From Pecten maximus (lineage: Eukaryota): DNA of 64,000 nucleotides. Location: contig NC_047029.1 of the NCBI RefSeq assembly GCF_902652985.1, positions 34,348,001 to 34,412,000 on the forward strand, given 5' to 3'. Made by a program: the position numbers and the translations under genes. Below are positions 39,827 through 51,645 of this stretch, in pieces; the first letter of the stretch is position 1, and each line of letters opens with the position of its first letter. The notes below the pieces were generated by a model that was not told where the DNA came from, searched no databases, and saw only the letters and a program-made list of their open reading frames with translations.

Positions 39827-40224
39827 TATCGATCTTAGCACGTCGACAGCAAAAACTACCGAATACCTGGCACACAGTTTTAAAAAATGGTTTATTGAAG
39901 AAATGAACTATGTCTGGGATCATATATCTGTGAGAGAATGAAATGAAATAATTAAACCACACAATGAAGTTTAAGGAAGAACATTCAAGATTCAACACAT
40001 CTGAAATATTTTCATAAAAGACACCTTACTCCTATGTTTTTGGGATTATACACGAATATCTTAAGGAATGATGCGAAAGAAATATTGTGGAGAAAACTCA
40101 AAATTTTAACTGCCCTCAGCTTGGAAGTGCCAAAAAGTCAAAGGAATGAATTAATGCCGGAAATGTGTATCTCAGTAAAGTGTTTTGATATACATGCATC
40201 TATATGAATTCTAGGGGGAAGTTA

Positions 40225-40340
40225 AGAAAATAATGAAGAACATCAAGAAGAGGTGTAGGAAGGAACTCAAACACATATCCGCCATCTACGACGAAGAAGT
40301 ATCCAAACAGACCCAGGACTGGGCAGCTGACAGACCACTA
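40225..40340 (+). mobile_element. Short remnant resembling a Mutator-like (MULE) transposase segment; repeated at about 52060-52230 and 62480-62650
   Basis: IKKRCRKELKPIPAIYDEEV...PTYATCKT resembles the region upstream of invertebrate MULE transposase cores (from memory, not searched). Confidence 0.35.
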
Positions 40341-40946
40341 TCGACTACATCAACTATGGCGACCGAGCAACATATTTATTACATATGGAGTGAAATAAAA
40401 CATACTGCATATATGTAGTCAGTGACGTATAGTTCTGTTAACAATGTATCATCCTTAATATAAATTCATCTTTTGGTATACAGTACAAATATTTTACAGA
40501 GAAAGTAAACTATTGGTTTATTTATGATATAAGTAGTGCTCATTTGTAATGTATGTATGAATGTATGTATGTATGTATGTATGTGGTGCTTATTATATTG
40601 TATTTTGAAGATAACAGTGCATATTAGTTATCCATTGTACAAGTATAATATCATCAGTAAAAAGTACATATATATGCTAAATAGACGTAGTATACATGTT
40701 TATGTATTGTTGGTATGGTAGTATTTTCATATTTAATTGGTTAAAGTTATATTCAAATCTGTATTATAACATATAGGGTACCTATATTGCATTAGTAGTA
40801 AATATGTGTATGAATGTCCATATACAGGTAAACTAGGTCAGTGAGGCGCCATATCTGAACTATTGTCCATAGTGCTAGAAGTGTTAGAAATGGACCTACA
40901 AGTGTTAGCAATACTGTTTTATATGAATACAGGTATTAAATATATA

Positions 40947-42486
40947 TACTGAAACGAAAAAGAAACGCAACATGGAAAATTGTGATTAATTTTGTATTAA
41001 ATATACATATCTGTATAAAAATCGCGGAAATAAACATGCACCCTGCCTAACACCCATACCAATCTTCAAAATCACCCAAGTGTGACTAGAGACCTATGCA
41101 CTTCCGGCGCGGTAAAAACATCAAAAACCGTGCCTGTACAAACATATGCGTTCTTTTTTCATTCAAACCAGTATCAATTCATCACTAACATTGAGCCACA
41201 TCATCGCCAATACTTTTGCAAACAATAATTCCTTTTACAATTATGCCACGGTTATCAAAGGTTGATAGAGGACGTGCTATAGCGATGCTTCTGGCAGGGA
41301 ACACGCAACTTCACGTCGCTCGACAATTCAGAGTTCACAAATCGACTATTAGTCGATTAGTTTCACGTCTTAACGCAACAGGAAGAGTCGATGACCAGCC
41401 GAGATCAGGACGTCCACGCGTAACGTCGCGACGTCAAGACCGGGTTCTTAGGTTGGCACACCTGCGTAACAGGAGATTAACGGCCGCTGAAACGGCAAGG
41501 AATACGATTGGTAATCATAACCGTCGAATTCATCCCCAAACAGTGATCAACAGACTGCGTGAGGCTAATTTGCGTGCAAGGCGACAGTACGTTGGTTTAC
41601 CACTAACACCGCAACGTCGAGCACGTCGTATGCAATGGGCAACGGCACATATGCCCAGACGTTTTCCTATGAGACGTTGGAGGTCTATGCTCTTCACCGA
41701 TGAATCTCGATTCACGTTATTTCGAGCAGATGGCCGTCAACGTGTGTACCGGCGTCGAGGCGAACGTTTTGCTGACGCCTGTGTTTTGGAACACGACCGA
41801 TTTGGGGGTGGATCAGTTATGGTTTGGGCGGGAATCTCCCATGGTTTGAAGACGCCTTTGGTGATAGTCAATGGGAATTTAACGGCCGTACGCTATCGGG
41901 ATGAGATCCTTAGGCCCCATGTTGTGCCGTTTGTTAGGCAGCATCATCTAACCTTTCAGCAAGATAACGCGAGACCACACGTTGCAAGAGTCTGTAGAGA
42001 CTTTCTTGCGACACAGAACATTGTTCCTATAGATTGGCCTCCATATAGCCCCGACCTGTCCCCAATCGAGCATTTGTGGGATGAATTAGACAGAAGAATT
42101 CGAAATCGCCGTAACCCCCCAAATACCCTCCCTCAGTTAGCAAATGCACTCGTCCAAGAATGGAATAACATTCCAATACGGAAAGTCAATGCCCTGATGA
42201 ACTCAATGCAACAAAGAATTAGAGATGTGATAACTGTTCGAGGAGGACACACACGATATTAGGGCACGGTTTCAAAACTGCTGCCATTTCAACTTGGATT
42301 CACGTAGGGTACTACCAATCATGACCTTCTAGCAAAGTGACCTGTTCTTAAAAATCTCTAAACATTTAAAGGATGTTACATCAATATTCAATATTAACTA
42401 TTACATATGAAATTTAAACATAATGCTCACAAGTATTATTTTATTAAACCTACAATTTGAAGTTGCGTTTCTTTTTCGTTTCAGTA
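40947..42486 (+). mobile_element. Full-length Tc1 (IS630/Tc1/mariner) DNA transposon, about 1540 bp
   Basis: Perfect 25-bp TIRs tactgaaacgaaaaagaaacgcaac, inserted in a (TA)n tract. Empty sites are visible in the paralogous units at about 52823 and 63245. Confidence 0.95.
41243..42262 (+). CDS. Intact Tc1-family DD34E transposase, 339 aa
   Basis: ATG at 41243, paired-like HTH, GRPR linker, FTDES, QQDNARPH, WPPYSPDLSPIE. There are 34 residues between the second D and the E. Confidence 0.95.
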   Translation: MPRLSKVDRGRAIAMLLAGNTQLHVARQFRVHKSTISRLVSRLNATGRVDDQPRSGRPRVTSRRQDRVLRLAHLRNRRLTAAETARNTIGNHNRRIHPQTVINRLREANLRARRQYVGLPLTPQRRARRMQWATAHMPRRFPMRRWRSMLFTDESRFTLFRADGRQRVYRRRGERFADACVLEHDRFGGGSVMVWAGISHGLKTPLVIVNGNLTAVRYRDEILRPHVVPFVRQHHLTFQQDNARPHVARVCRDFLATQNIVPIDWPPYSPDLSPIEHLWDELDRRIRNRRNPPNTLPQLANALVQEWNNIPIRKVNALMNSMQQRIRDVITVRGGHTRY

Positions 42487-42499
42487 TATATATATGTTA

Positions 42500-43118
42500 T
42501 GTGTTATGTTGCTAATACAATACTAATGAATATAAGTTATCAGTATGAATGTTTGGTGAGGAATTGTCAAGTGCTTTGTTGTGTGTATTTTGAAGCTCTC
42601 CATGTTGGAGTGAGATCGTTCCTTGTACCAATCAAGACACTGCAAACCACCACGGCTTCGGCAACAGGACCGGTTATGGACCAAGGTTAGCCACAGGAAG
42701 TTTGTCGGTAATCACGGGCGGGTCATGGTATCCAAAGGCCTAGGGATCGACACTGCAGACATTCTAGTTGGATTGTCTTTGAGTAACTAGCTAGAAACCT
42801 TGGCTGGTAACCATATAGTGAGGAGGACTTTTGTGTCAGTCACCCTAGATGAGACGCGCGCGAGAGAACGCTGTACTCCGTTTCAGCTTCAATGCATTGA
42901 TTCTTGTTCGAGAGGAGAACTTATACTGTGAGCTGTGACGTGCTGTGCTGAACTTTTATATGTGGAACTTTATGGGTTAGAGGTTGTAAGAGTGAGCGTG
43001 ATTGTGCTTTTGTGTTTATATGCATTTGTATATAATAAATTGTAGATTTATCTTGTACTAGTTCTAGTGTAATTGTTTCATTTCCAAATAAGTAAATCTG
43101 ACGCTTGTCCTACGTTAC
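42500..43118 (+). mobile_element. Possible solo LTR 3' portion (its end is deleted in the other two units)
   Basis: GT-rich U5-like stretch, AATAAA, ending in ...cctacgttaca. The 5' boundary and TSD were not identified. Confidence 0.3.
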
Positions 43119-43229
43119 ATATGCATTATCTTTAACTTTTTAAAGTGTATAATATGTTTGAAATATATATTCACATATATATGATTATGTCAATGAAAAA
43201 TATATAATTTCACATCTCAAGGTATAACA

Positions 43230-44520
43230 CCCTCTAGTGCCCGGACCTTGAAGGAATCTTTTAAAAATTCTAATATTTGAATTCCTTGCTTGGACCGAAG
43301 TGTTATGAAAAAATTGCCATAAAAAACCATCAAAATTATTTGTTTGTATATTTTTTATGACGTCTCATATATGAGACATGGGCATTAGGGGAGTCGTGTA
43401 TCATATATGATACATTTTTATTTTAAGGCTAGAATTATAATTGACATCAACTAAACACTAAGAAATAGTCGGAAACATGTTTATTAAACAATTTAACTAA
43501 AAAAAACACAATTAAAACATTTAATTCAACTTTTTAAACAATTTTGTTTCATATTATGATACATAATCATTTATAATGAAACATATCATTATTCGGGTCA
43601 TAGAAATGTTTGATCGGTTTGTTAAACAGTTCAAACTACCTAACAACATTGCATTCTGCAATTTTAAACCACGAACCATGGAATTTCACTGCTTTAGTGG
43701 TCTGGCAACCACTGTCACTGTTATATATGGAAATTTATATATGGAAAGTAAGGAAACAGTTCCTATCTCGGTTAAAGCACAGATACATGCCGCACTTGAC
43801 GCACTTTACATAGGTTAGACCGTCACAGGAAGCCATTCTGCACCTATTCCTGCTGCTTGACCACTCGGGAAAGTAGTTTGTTCTGTCCTGTCTGACAACA
43901 TCAATCGGCCTCTTTTTTTTCATCATCGGAGACATCACTATTTCCATCAATATAGTCAAAAATATCCTTCACGTGACGTTTAGGGCGGCTGGAACTTGTC
44001 ATCCTGAAAAATAATAATAACATTCAAATTTATGAATTATTTGAACGACAATCCTGTTTATTTTCCATTACAAACAAAAATTGATATTTTTTCAAAACAG
44101 AGTTATTTGCCCTTGGCTATTCCAGTAATGCCCAATGTATCATACATGATACATCGGTTTTTGTCAACAGATTGCACATTTGTTGCTCATAATGCTGCAT
44201 TGTAATTGTTTTAAAATGATAGAACATACCATAAACATTATATTTACACATTTTATGATAAGTGTACCTACCTGTAACTTTCTAAGTGTCAACCTGAAGA
44301 TCAGTGTAAAACAGCATGTTAAGTTACATGGGCGTTGCCATCTTGGAACAAAAATTCCAGCTTGTGATACAAAGCTGGCAAAAACAAATAAAATAAAAAA
44401 CTAAACAATGGCACTTCATAAAACACCTGGACAAAAAGAGACAACTCTTTGTTGCACACAAGTTTTGTTATACAGATTTTTTAAAAATGTATCATATATG
44501 ATACGCTGGGCACTAGAGGA
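43230..44520 (-). mobile_element. Internally deleted piggyBac element
   Basis: Termini ccctctagtgccc / gggcactagagga followed by TTAA. Empty site ggtataaca-ttaa-attg at about 53400 and 63830. The minus strand encodes the piggyBac C-terminal Cys-rich domain (RCRMASC..TYVKCVKCGMYLCFNRDRNCFLTFH, 43735-43910) and an acidic N-terminal stub from ATG 44002. Confidence 0.85.
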
Positions 44521-44717
44521 TTAAATTGACATTTGTGTAGTTCTAATACCTATCTACCTGTATTTACCAGGATTTACCTGGATTTTGCAATAAATGAATG
44601 AGAGAGGTAGTGACCTTCTGTGTTTATTAATAAATTAGATCCCTGTGTAAACAAATCCTGTTTCTCCCAAAAATGTTTTAACTGGATTTTCAGTTTTGGG
44701 AGAAACAGGATTAAATC

Positions 44718-45370
44718 AGCTGATGACATTGATCTACATTTTATTAGGATTGTGGTAAGATTTTCATTGTAGTACGATTGTGGTAAGATCTTCATTGTAG
44801 CACGATTGTGGTAAGATCTACATTGTAGCACGATTGTGGTAAGATCTTCATTGTAGTACGATTGTGGTAAGATCTTCATTGTAGTACGATTGTGGTAAGA
44901 TCTTCATTGTAGTATGATTGAGGTAAGATGTACATTGTAGTACGATTGTGTTGTGGTAAGATCTTCATTGTAGCACGATTGTGGTATGTTGATGACATTG
45001 ATCTTCATTGTAGCACGATTGTGGTATGTTGATGACATTGATCTTCATTGTAGCACGATTGTGGTAAGCTGATGACATTGATCTACATTGTAGTATGATT
45101 GTGGTAAGATCTACATTGTAGTATGACTGTGGGAAGCTGATGTCATTTATTTAATTGTAATACGACTGGTAAGCTGATGACATTGATCTACATTGTAGTA
45201 TGATTGTGGTAAGATCTACATTGTAGTACGATCGAGGTTAGCTGATGAGATTTATATTGTAGTATGACAGGTAAGCTGATGAGATTTATATTGTAGTATG
45301 ACTGGTAAGCTGATGAGATTGATCTACATTGTAGTATGGTTGTGGTAAGCTGGTGACATTGGTCTACATT
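44718..45370 (+). repeat. 28-bp minisatellite (attgtggtaagatcttcattgtagyacg), short version (about 8 core copies) plus derived units
   Basis: Tandem periodicity. Paralogue of 53604-55436. Confidence 0.9.
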
Positions 45371-45869
45371 TCATTTCAACAAATTTTATTGACATTTGAT
45401 GTTATTTGTCAAAAGGATAAAATAACAGGCCAAGCCTATATAAATTTTCTCCTATGGTGGCAATTGGAATGTATAAATATAAAATTAATATATAAATTTA
45501 CTATGAAATGAAAAAATTACATGTATAACTAACATTTAGGGGAGATAACTCAAACATAAACATTCACACATCATTCATACATTTTGCTTATATATACATG
45601 TATACATAATATTTGATAATATTTAAGATGAACTTTATCTAGAAGAATTATTCATTGACAGGCATTGACCAAAAGTCCATGTGCATGGTCTACATTGTAG
45701 TATGATTGTGGTAAGCTGATGACATCGAATCCAATCAGATACCATGTGTCAATAAGTTTGCCACGAACAAAAAATATCTTAAAATGCTTCGTGATGATTC
45801 GTGATGTGAATAATAACGTCATGAATATTCTTACGTAACTTAAAACCACCCCGATCCCAAACATTACAA

Positions 45870-46190
45870 ACAACTTCCTCTTTTCGCTTTGCCCTCTTCA
45901 CTGCCAGCAAACACGTATACACGTAACAAAATTAGAGTATGATAACAGCATAACATTTACATGATTATCAAATCAGTCGCACGGAAAATTTCTACTTTAT
46001 TAATAACACAATATAATGATCTCCTGATATGTTTATCAAGACTACAACAATATGTTGTTAAGCTGTTTGTTACTACTTAGTGGAAACAGATATATATATA
46101 TATATATATAAACAGCCATGCGTGACCATATAGCCAATATACTTGTGTTATAAACCTCCGTGTCAACTTCCTTGATGACGAGAAGACGAC
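45870..46190 (+). promoter_or_regulatory. Putative proximal promoter of TLR copy A
   Basis: TATAAA at 46149, CCAAT at about 46134, kB-like GGAAAATTTC at 45983-45992. The region is conserved with the diverged paralogous block 39150-39431. Confidence 0.5.
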
Positions 46191-49100
46191 ATGGACAGCA
46201 ACGTGAATGTACTCATGTCCTGCATCCTATGGATTTTACAATATTCAGGTAAATCAAAATAGTATTTTACGTCGTAGTTGATTTAAAGGGAGTGTAAAGT
46301 ATCACTTTGTTAATTCAGAAAATGAGTTCTGTGCTGAAAGTTTTGAATGGCTAAACGACAAAATCAGAGTGAACATATAAAACAATTTATATTCTGTATC
46401 AGTGTCATCCTAAATTTGTCCTATAGACAAGGATGTGTCTACATTTTACTAACAAATACTGTAAATGCTTTACAAGAACTGTCATTATTTTATCTGACAG
46501 GATTATATACCGGGGTATGATAAACACAGGTAAATATGTGGCTCTACAGCGGAAATATTAGATCTGGGAGCAAATTGGCTATATTTCTATAAACGATCTC
46601 TCCTCTGGGACTAAGTGATGGATATCGCTCCCATATGACTGGAAGTTTCTGTATGTATTGATGATTCAAACAGCTAAAAATGGTGGGGCTGACGCCCAAG
46701 GGGGTGATGGGCGGGGCAAACAAAGGAGCCGCTAACGCGCTATATTGATTATGTCTACATCCCATAGTGTTCATACCACCGTCAACCTAATAAAAACACT
46801 GTTCAATCCTTATTTAAACGACTTCTCTCTTTGGAACTACGCAATGAATATCACTCATATTTGACTGGTAATATCTTTCGGTGATGGCGATTCAAAAAGC
46901 TACAAATGGTAGGGCTGACTCCTCATTGGCTCAGGACGTGGCCAAAAAGGAGCTATTTGTCTATATTGCCATAAACGACTTCTTCTCTGGAATTAAGTAA
47001 TGTATATCATTCATATTATACAGGTAGCATCCCTAGGTCGCGAGGATGCAAAAGGCTACAAATTGTTAGACTGGCCAATCAGGGAAGCAATTTGGCTTTA
47101 TTGCTTTAAACGACTTTTTGTATTTTTGAAACCTCTTAGATTCCCGCCCCATAACCATATATAGCGTCACTGTGCACCAAGAGATAAACTGGTAAAAATA
47201 GGCACTCGGGTTTTCCCCACCTATAGGGACTTACCTGTAGTTTCTTGGTTATATATTTGAAACCGTTGAGATCCCCAAAATATTGCCATATATATCACTG
47301 CTGGGCATCAAGGAATAAACACAACCCTGATGTAAAAATAGGCAAATGGGTCTTTTTCCACCCCCAAGGGACATAGTTTCTGGGTTGTAATTTAGAATCG
47401 GTGTGTGCATAGAATTCATTGGCACCAAGCTTTAAGCACAATCCTGTTACAAAAAGAGGCCGTCGTGTCTTTCCCCCGGAACTCAACCAGTAGTTTACCT
47501 CCCCAGCATTCTCAGTGGAATAAGTAAAATATACACGAGTGTAAAGCATCTTAAGGGTCATCTATATAGCAGAATAATGTTGAATTTCAAACACGAATAA
47601 ATATCTTAAAATTTGCACAAAAATAGTCATATAATATACCAAAATGTTTGTTTGGGCATGAAGTGTCTTAAAATCACAAATAATTTGATGTAGATACTCA
47701 TAATTTCTTCTATAGAGTTAATTTGTGGCAAGTTGTAGCATTTGTTAGTCACAAACTAAACCTGAAAAATAGCCAAGCTGTCATGCTCACAAGTGTCTAT
47801 AGCACAGGGTAGGAGCATTTGTTGGACCGGATTTGACTTTATGTGGGTATAAACACATATTTTGTTTTGACCTTGAAATGCAAATGGCGGCTGTGGATGA
47901 TATTACACAAATATGACATAAAGGGGGCATTTCAGCCATTAAAAATGTTCCTATATCATAATTTTAAGACATCTGATTATAGTAAGAATGACCCTTTTAA
48001 GAAAAATTGTCAAACTGGTGAGTTTTGGGCCTTTTTCAGAAATATATCTTTTACCCCAAACTCAACGGATGAACATTTTTTCCTAAAAACAGTCTTCCTG
48101 CCATGTCCAGAGTTTTTTATAGTATCTAATAAGAGCATTTTTTGACGTTTGAAATACCTTCTTATATGCCATAATTGTGTGATATTATTCACAACCGCCA
48201 TTTGCATTTCAAGGTCAAAATAAAATCAGTGTTAATACATATCATAAAGCCAAATCTAGTCAAACCAATGCTCCTATTTTGTGCTTTAGACTCTTGTGAG
48301 CAAAACGACATGACTGTTTTGCGCAATAAATGCGATACCAATGAGTTAATTATGTCCCCCTGAAGCATGCATTTTTCTCATATTTTGTTGAAATTGACGA
48401 ACTAATGAACAAATTAAATGTCAACAGCAAGGCCCACAGTTTGACATGATACATATCAAAATCTTATCAAGTTACTTCTATTAAATTGCATCCTAGTAGG
48501 GATTTATAGCCTTGTAAAATATCAACTATTTTGGCTGGATTTGCTGTTTAGATGCCCCTTGATCTTGATCTTGGTAAAAACATTGAGATCGCCCTGTTAG
48601 GGTGAACGATTGTATCAATCCCACCCCTAACAACCATGGGATTACCCTGTAAAGTATATGAGAAAATCAATATTTCATCTCTTTGGGGATGACACACTCC
48701 AAACAGCGTAAATGGGCTATGGGAGATCCCCGTCTAAATCACAAATAGATGAGCGATTCTAGTATCTGAAACTCAACCAGGGCCGAGTTGTTCAAAGGGT
48801 GATTAGGCTAATCACAGTTAACAACAATTTTAAAATCTTAATTAAATAATTTCCGGTAAAACTAACTTGACAAAATTTTATAAAATGATAACACTTCTCA
48901 GTCTCTTCCTACCTGACCATTTTCAGGAATACACACACTCAGGTTTTGAAGCAAAGGAGAAAAAATATTTTCACTAATCAAGTGATTAAGCTAATCACCT
49001 TTTGAGCAACTGGACCCTGTCCCAGCAAACTCGACGGAATGTACAAGATAAATACCAATGGAAACACCTTCATCATAAACATGTTATTGGTAATCGATAC

Positions 49101-51645
49101 AGTTTATCCGAATAATGAAGATATCTCCACCATATACTGTTTTAACATTCCAGAACTCATTTACCTTATAATGACTTATGTGGTTAATGATGAAGATGTA
49201 CTTATGTGGTTAATATTTTCTATTCTAGGTGCGTGTACGAAAGGATGCCACGTCACCAGGATAGAAGAGACAAGTCGTGTCACGTGTTCAGGATACCGTC
49301 TAAAGACTGTGCCCCAACATTTGCCAGTCAACACGACTGCGTTGAACCTACGGAATAATGACATTAATACATTACCGGGTAAATCGTTTAGCAATCTTCA
49401 TGCTTTAAAAGCACTTACACTTTCCATGAACAAATTGTCCATTATTTCGACCAATGCATTTTACGGGCTTCGTAATTTAGAGTATCTGGATTTATCTGAA
49501 AACAATCTCGATGTTTATTCATTCGACACTACAACTTTTCATATCTTGGAAAAACTTAAATATTTAAACATTCAACGAAATCGTTTCCACTTGACGAAAC
49601 TATATCCGCAATATGCAGTTTCTCACATGTCACAACTGGAGACTCTTATTATAGATGTTTTTGAAGGATTCCGATTCGGAAGTGGATTTTTGAATTTAAC
49701 CAAACTGCATAAAATAGAATTTAATAATGTTAGTGAAGAACGGGTGTCATTTCAAAATTCATCTTTTCTCGGACTTAAGAACTCAAATATCTCGTGTTTA
49801 GATATCTCTGTGCGGATGAAAAAAATTGAGATCGATTGCTTGTCTCCGTTTAGCAGACTATCATCGCTTAGTTTGAGTTCAAAACGAACCATACCAATAA
49901 ACGTTCTTCTGCGAGCACTTAACGGATTGCGGGGAAGAATAATGGAATCGATAACACTGCATACAAACGATGTTAGGTTTAACGGAATGATCCATTTGAC
50001 GGACTCGGATTTTTCCTACCTGGGTACTATCTGTATAAAAAAGCTTAATTTAACTCGAAATTCTATAGGAACAATATCAGTGGCGTCGATTGTGTCGTGG
50101 ACTAAAAGACCGTGCCTGGAGATGTTAGACTTATCAAGAAACATAATTCATTCTCCTGTAATTTTAGTACTTATCAATTTATTTCCATCTATTACGTATG
50201 TGGATATATCATACATGGGTGAGAGACAGATGAGGAAACGTGACATTCCGTTTAAACGACAAACTGTCTTTTTCATACCAAGAAAGCTTCGTTATCTTAA
50301 CGTGTCGCATTGTCCCATAGACGGAGCTCTGATGAATTTTTCAATATCTACTAAAAATAATCTACATGTTCTCGACCTAGGTAACCCTACCCGAACTCCG
50401 CGGTGTTCCTACGGATTCTTCACAGGGCTGATACACCTCACGGAATTGGACATATCAGGCTTTGAATGTTCAACGCCATATCTTGAAACACTCACAGAAA
50501 TGCATAACTTGACACGTTTTGGGGCCAGTCACTGTAGCCTTGGTGACAGTTTTACTGCAAATACTACTTTATTCAAAGGATTGTACAATTTGACATCTGT
50601 TGATATTTCGTCAAATAATATAAAGACACTTAACATTCAGTTATTTGAGGATCAAAAGGATTCCCTTCATACCCTAGTCCTAGCCCAGAATAACATGGAA
50701 AGACTTCCGACTGGATTACTTCAAAGCCTCAGTGTGTTGGAAAGACTTGACATGAGGAAAAATCTCATAACCACACTGACAATATCAGAATATGTTGCTC
50801 TTGATGAAATGCAAAGGAGAACAGAACGATTCAGGATTAATCTTTCCGAAAATCCTCTAGTTTGCAGCTGTCACAATGTGGATTTCATTTCGTGGATAGA
50901 AACTACACGGGCTATTTATAACAAGGAGGAACTTGTTTGTTCGGTTCCAGGAGGAAAGCAAATGAAGATTGAAGAATTCCTTGAAATGTTTGATCAATTT
51001 CAGGAAAATTGTGTCTCCCAATTCTGGTTGATCGTCTCCGTTACACTTTGTGTTCTTTTGATTGTGTTAGGTATTGCATCTCGGGAATCATGGCGGCGCA
51101 GTGTTTGGCTGCGAGTGAGGTGCCGAGAGCCATCCGCATATAATAAATATCCTTACGACATTTTTATATCGTACAGTGACGAAGATTCTTGCTGGGTAGC
51201 AAACACATTTGCCCAATGGCTAAATGAAAAGGGAATCCAATACTGCTTAGATGAGAAAAGCTTTAATCCAGGGTGTGACATAGCTGATAACATTATGGAC
51301 GCCATAGATAGTTCGCGTCGAACTGTTTTCGTTGTAAGCAGTACATATTTAGAACACGAGTGGACGATGTTTACGATGAAATTAGCCAGTGTTTATTCAT
51401 TTCGCGAAGGTCGAGAGAACATGAATATTGTGATTCTGTTAAACGATATAAAACGGAGTGAATTTCCCAAGCTCATGCGGAAGAACTGGAATACCATTCG
51501 TCCTTTGCATTGGCCACGCAAAAACACAACAGATCCAGAAAAAGATATCGCCGCAGAGCAGGTGTTTTGGAAAAGATTGTTAAAACGCATCCAACGAGAA
51601 AATAACATCGTTGTATCGTCAGATGTTTCAAAGTACACCGCATAA
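46191..51645 (+). CDS. TLR: Toll-like receptor, single-cysteine-cluster type, copy A, 824 aa; exons 46191-46248 and 49229-51645
   Basis: Exon 1 encodes the signal peptide MDSNVNVLMSCILWILQYS-G and ends at a phase-1 donor (G|GTAAAT). The acceptor ttttctattctag|GT at 49228 is phase-compatible. LRRNT, multiple LxxLxLxxN repeats, LRRCT NPLVCSC, TM FWLIVSVTLCVLLIVLGIA, TIR (YDIFISY...FNPG...FW). Confidence 0.93.
47555..48558. mobile_element. Non-autonomous TTAA-targeting element (Kolobok-like) with long internal inverted repeats, in the TLR A intron only
   Basis: ttaa|gggtcatcta...tagatgcccc|ttga. Empty site atc-ttaa-ttttg at about 58934. Internal inverted arms at about 47780-47920 and 48160-48315. 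Confidence 0.6.
48778..49019. mobile_element. MITE with ~38-bp TIRs (Harbinger-like CWG ends); paralogous copy at 59153-59394
   Basis: cagggccgagttgttcaaagggtgattaggctaatcac ... gtgattaagctaatcaccttttgagcaactggaccctg. Confidence 0.75.

Noticed and set aside
39573-39998. Antisense ORFs over the TIR regions (also 51393-51694 and 61810-62111)
   Set aside because: Shadow frames of the TLR coding strand, with lengths not conserved between copies.
49039-49228. N-terminal 63 aa of the 868-aa ORF as the TLR start (and 59621 for copy B)
   Set aside because: Not conserved in frame in copy B and lies upstream of a consensus acceptor. A phase-matched signal-peptide exon exists upstream in both copies.
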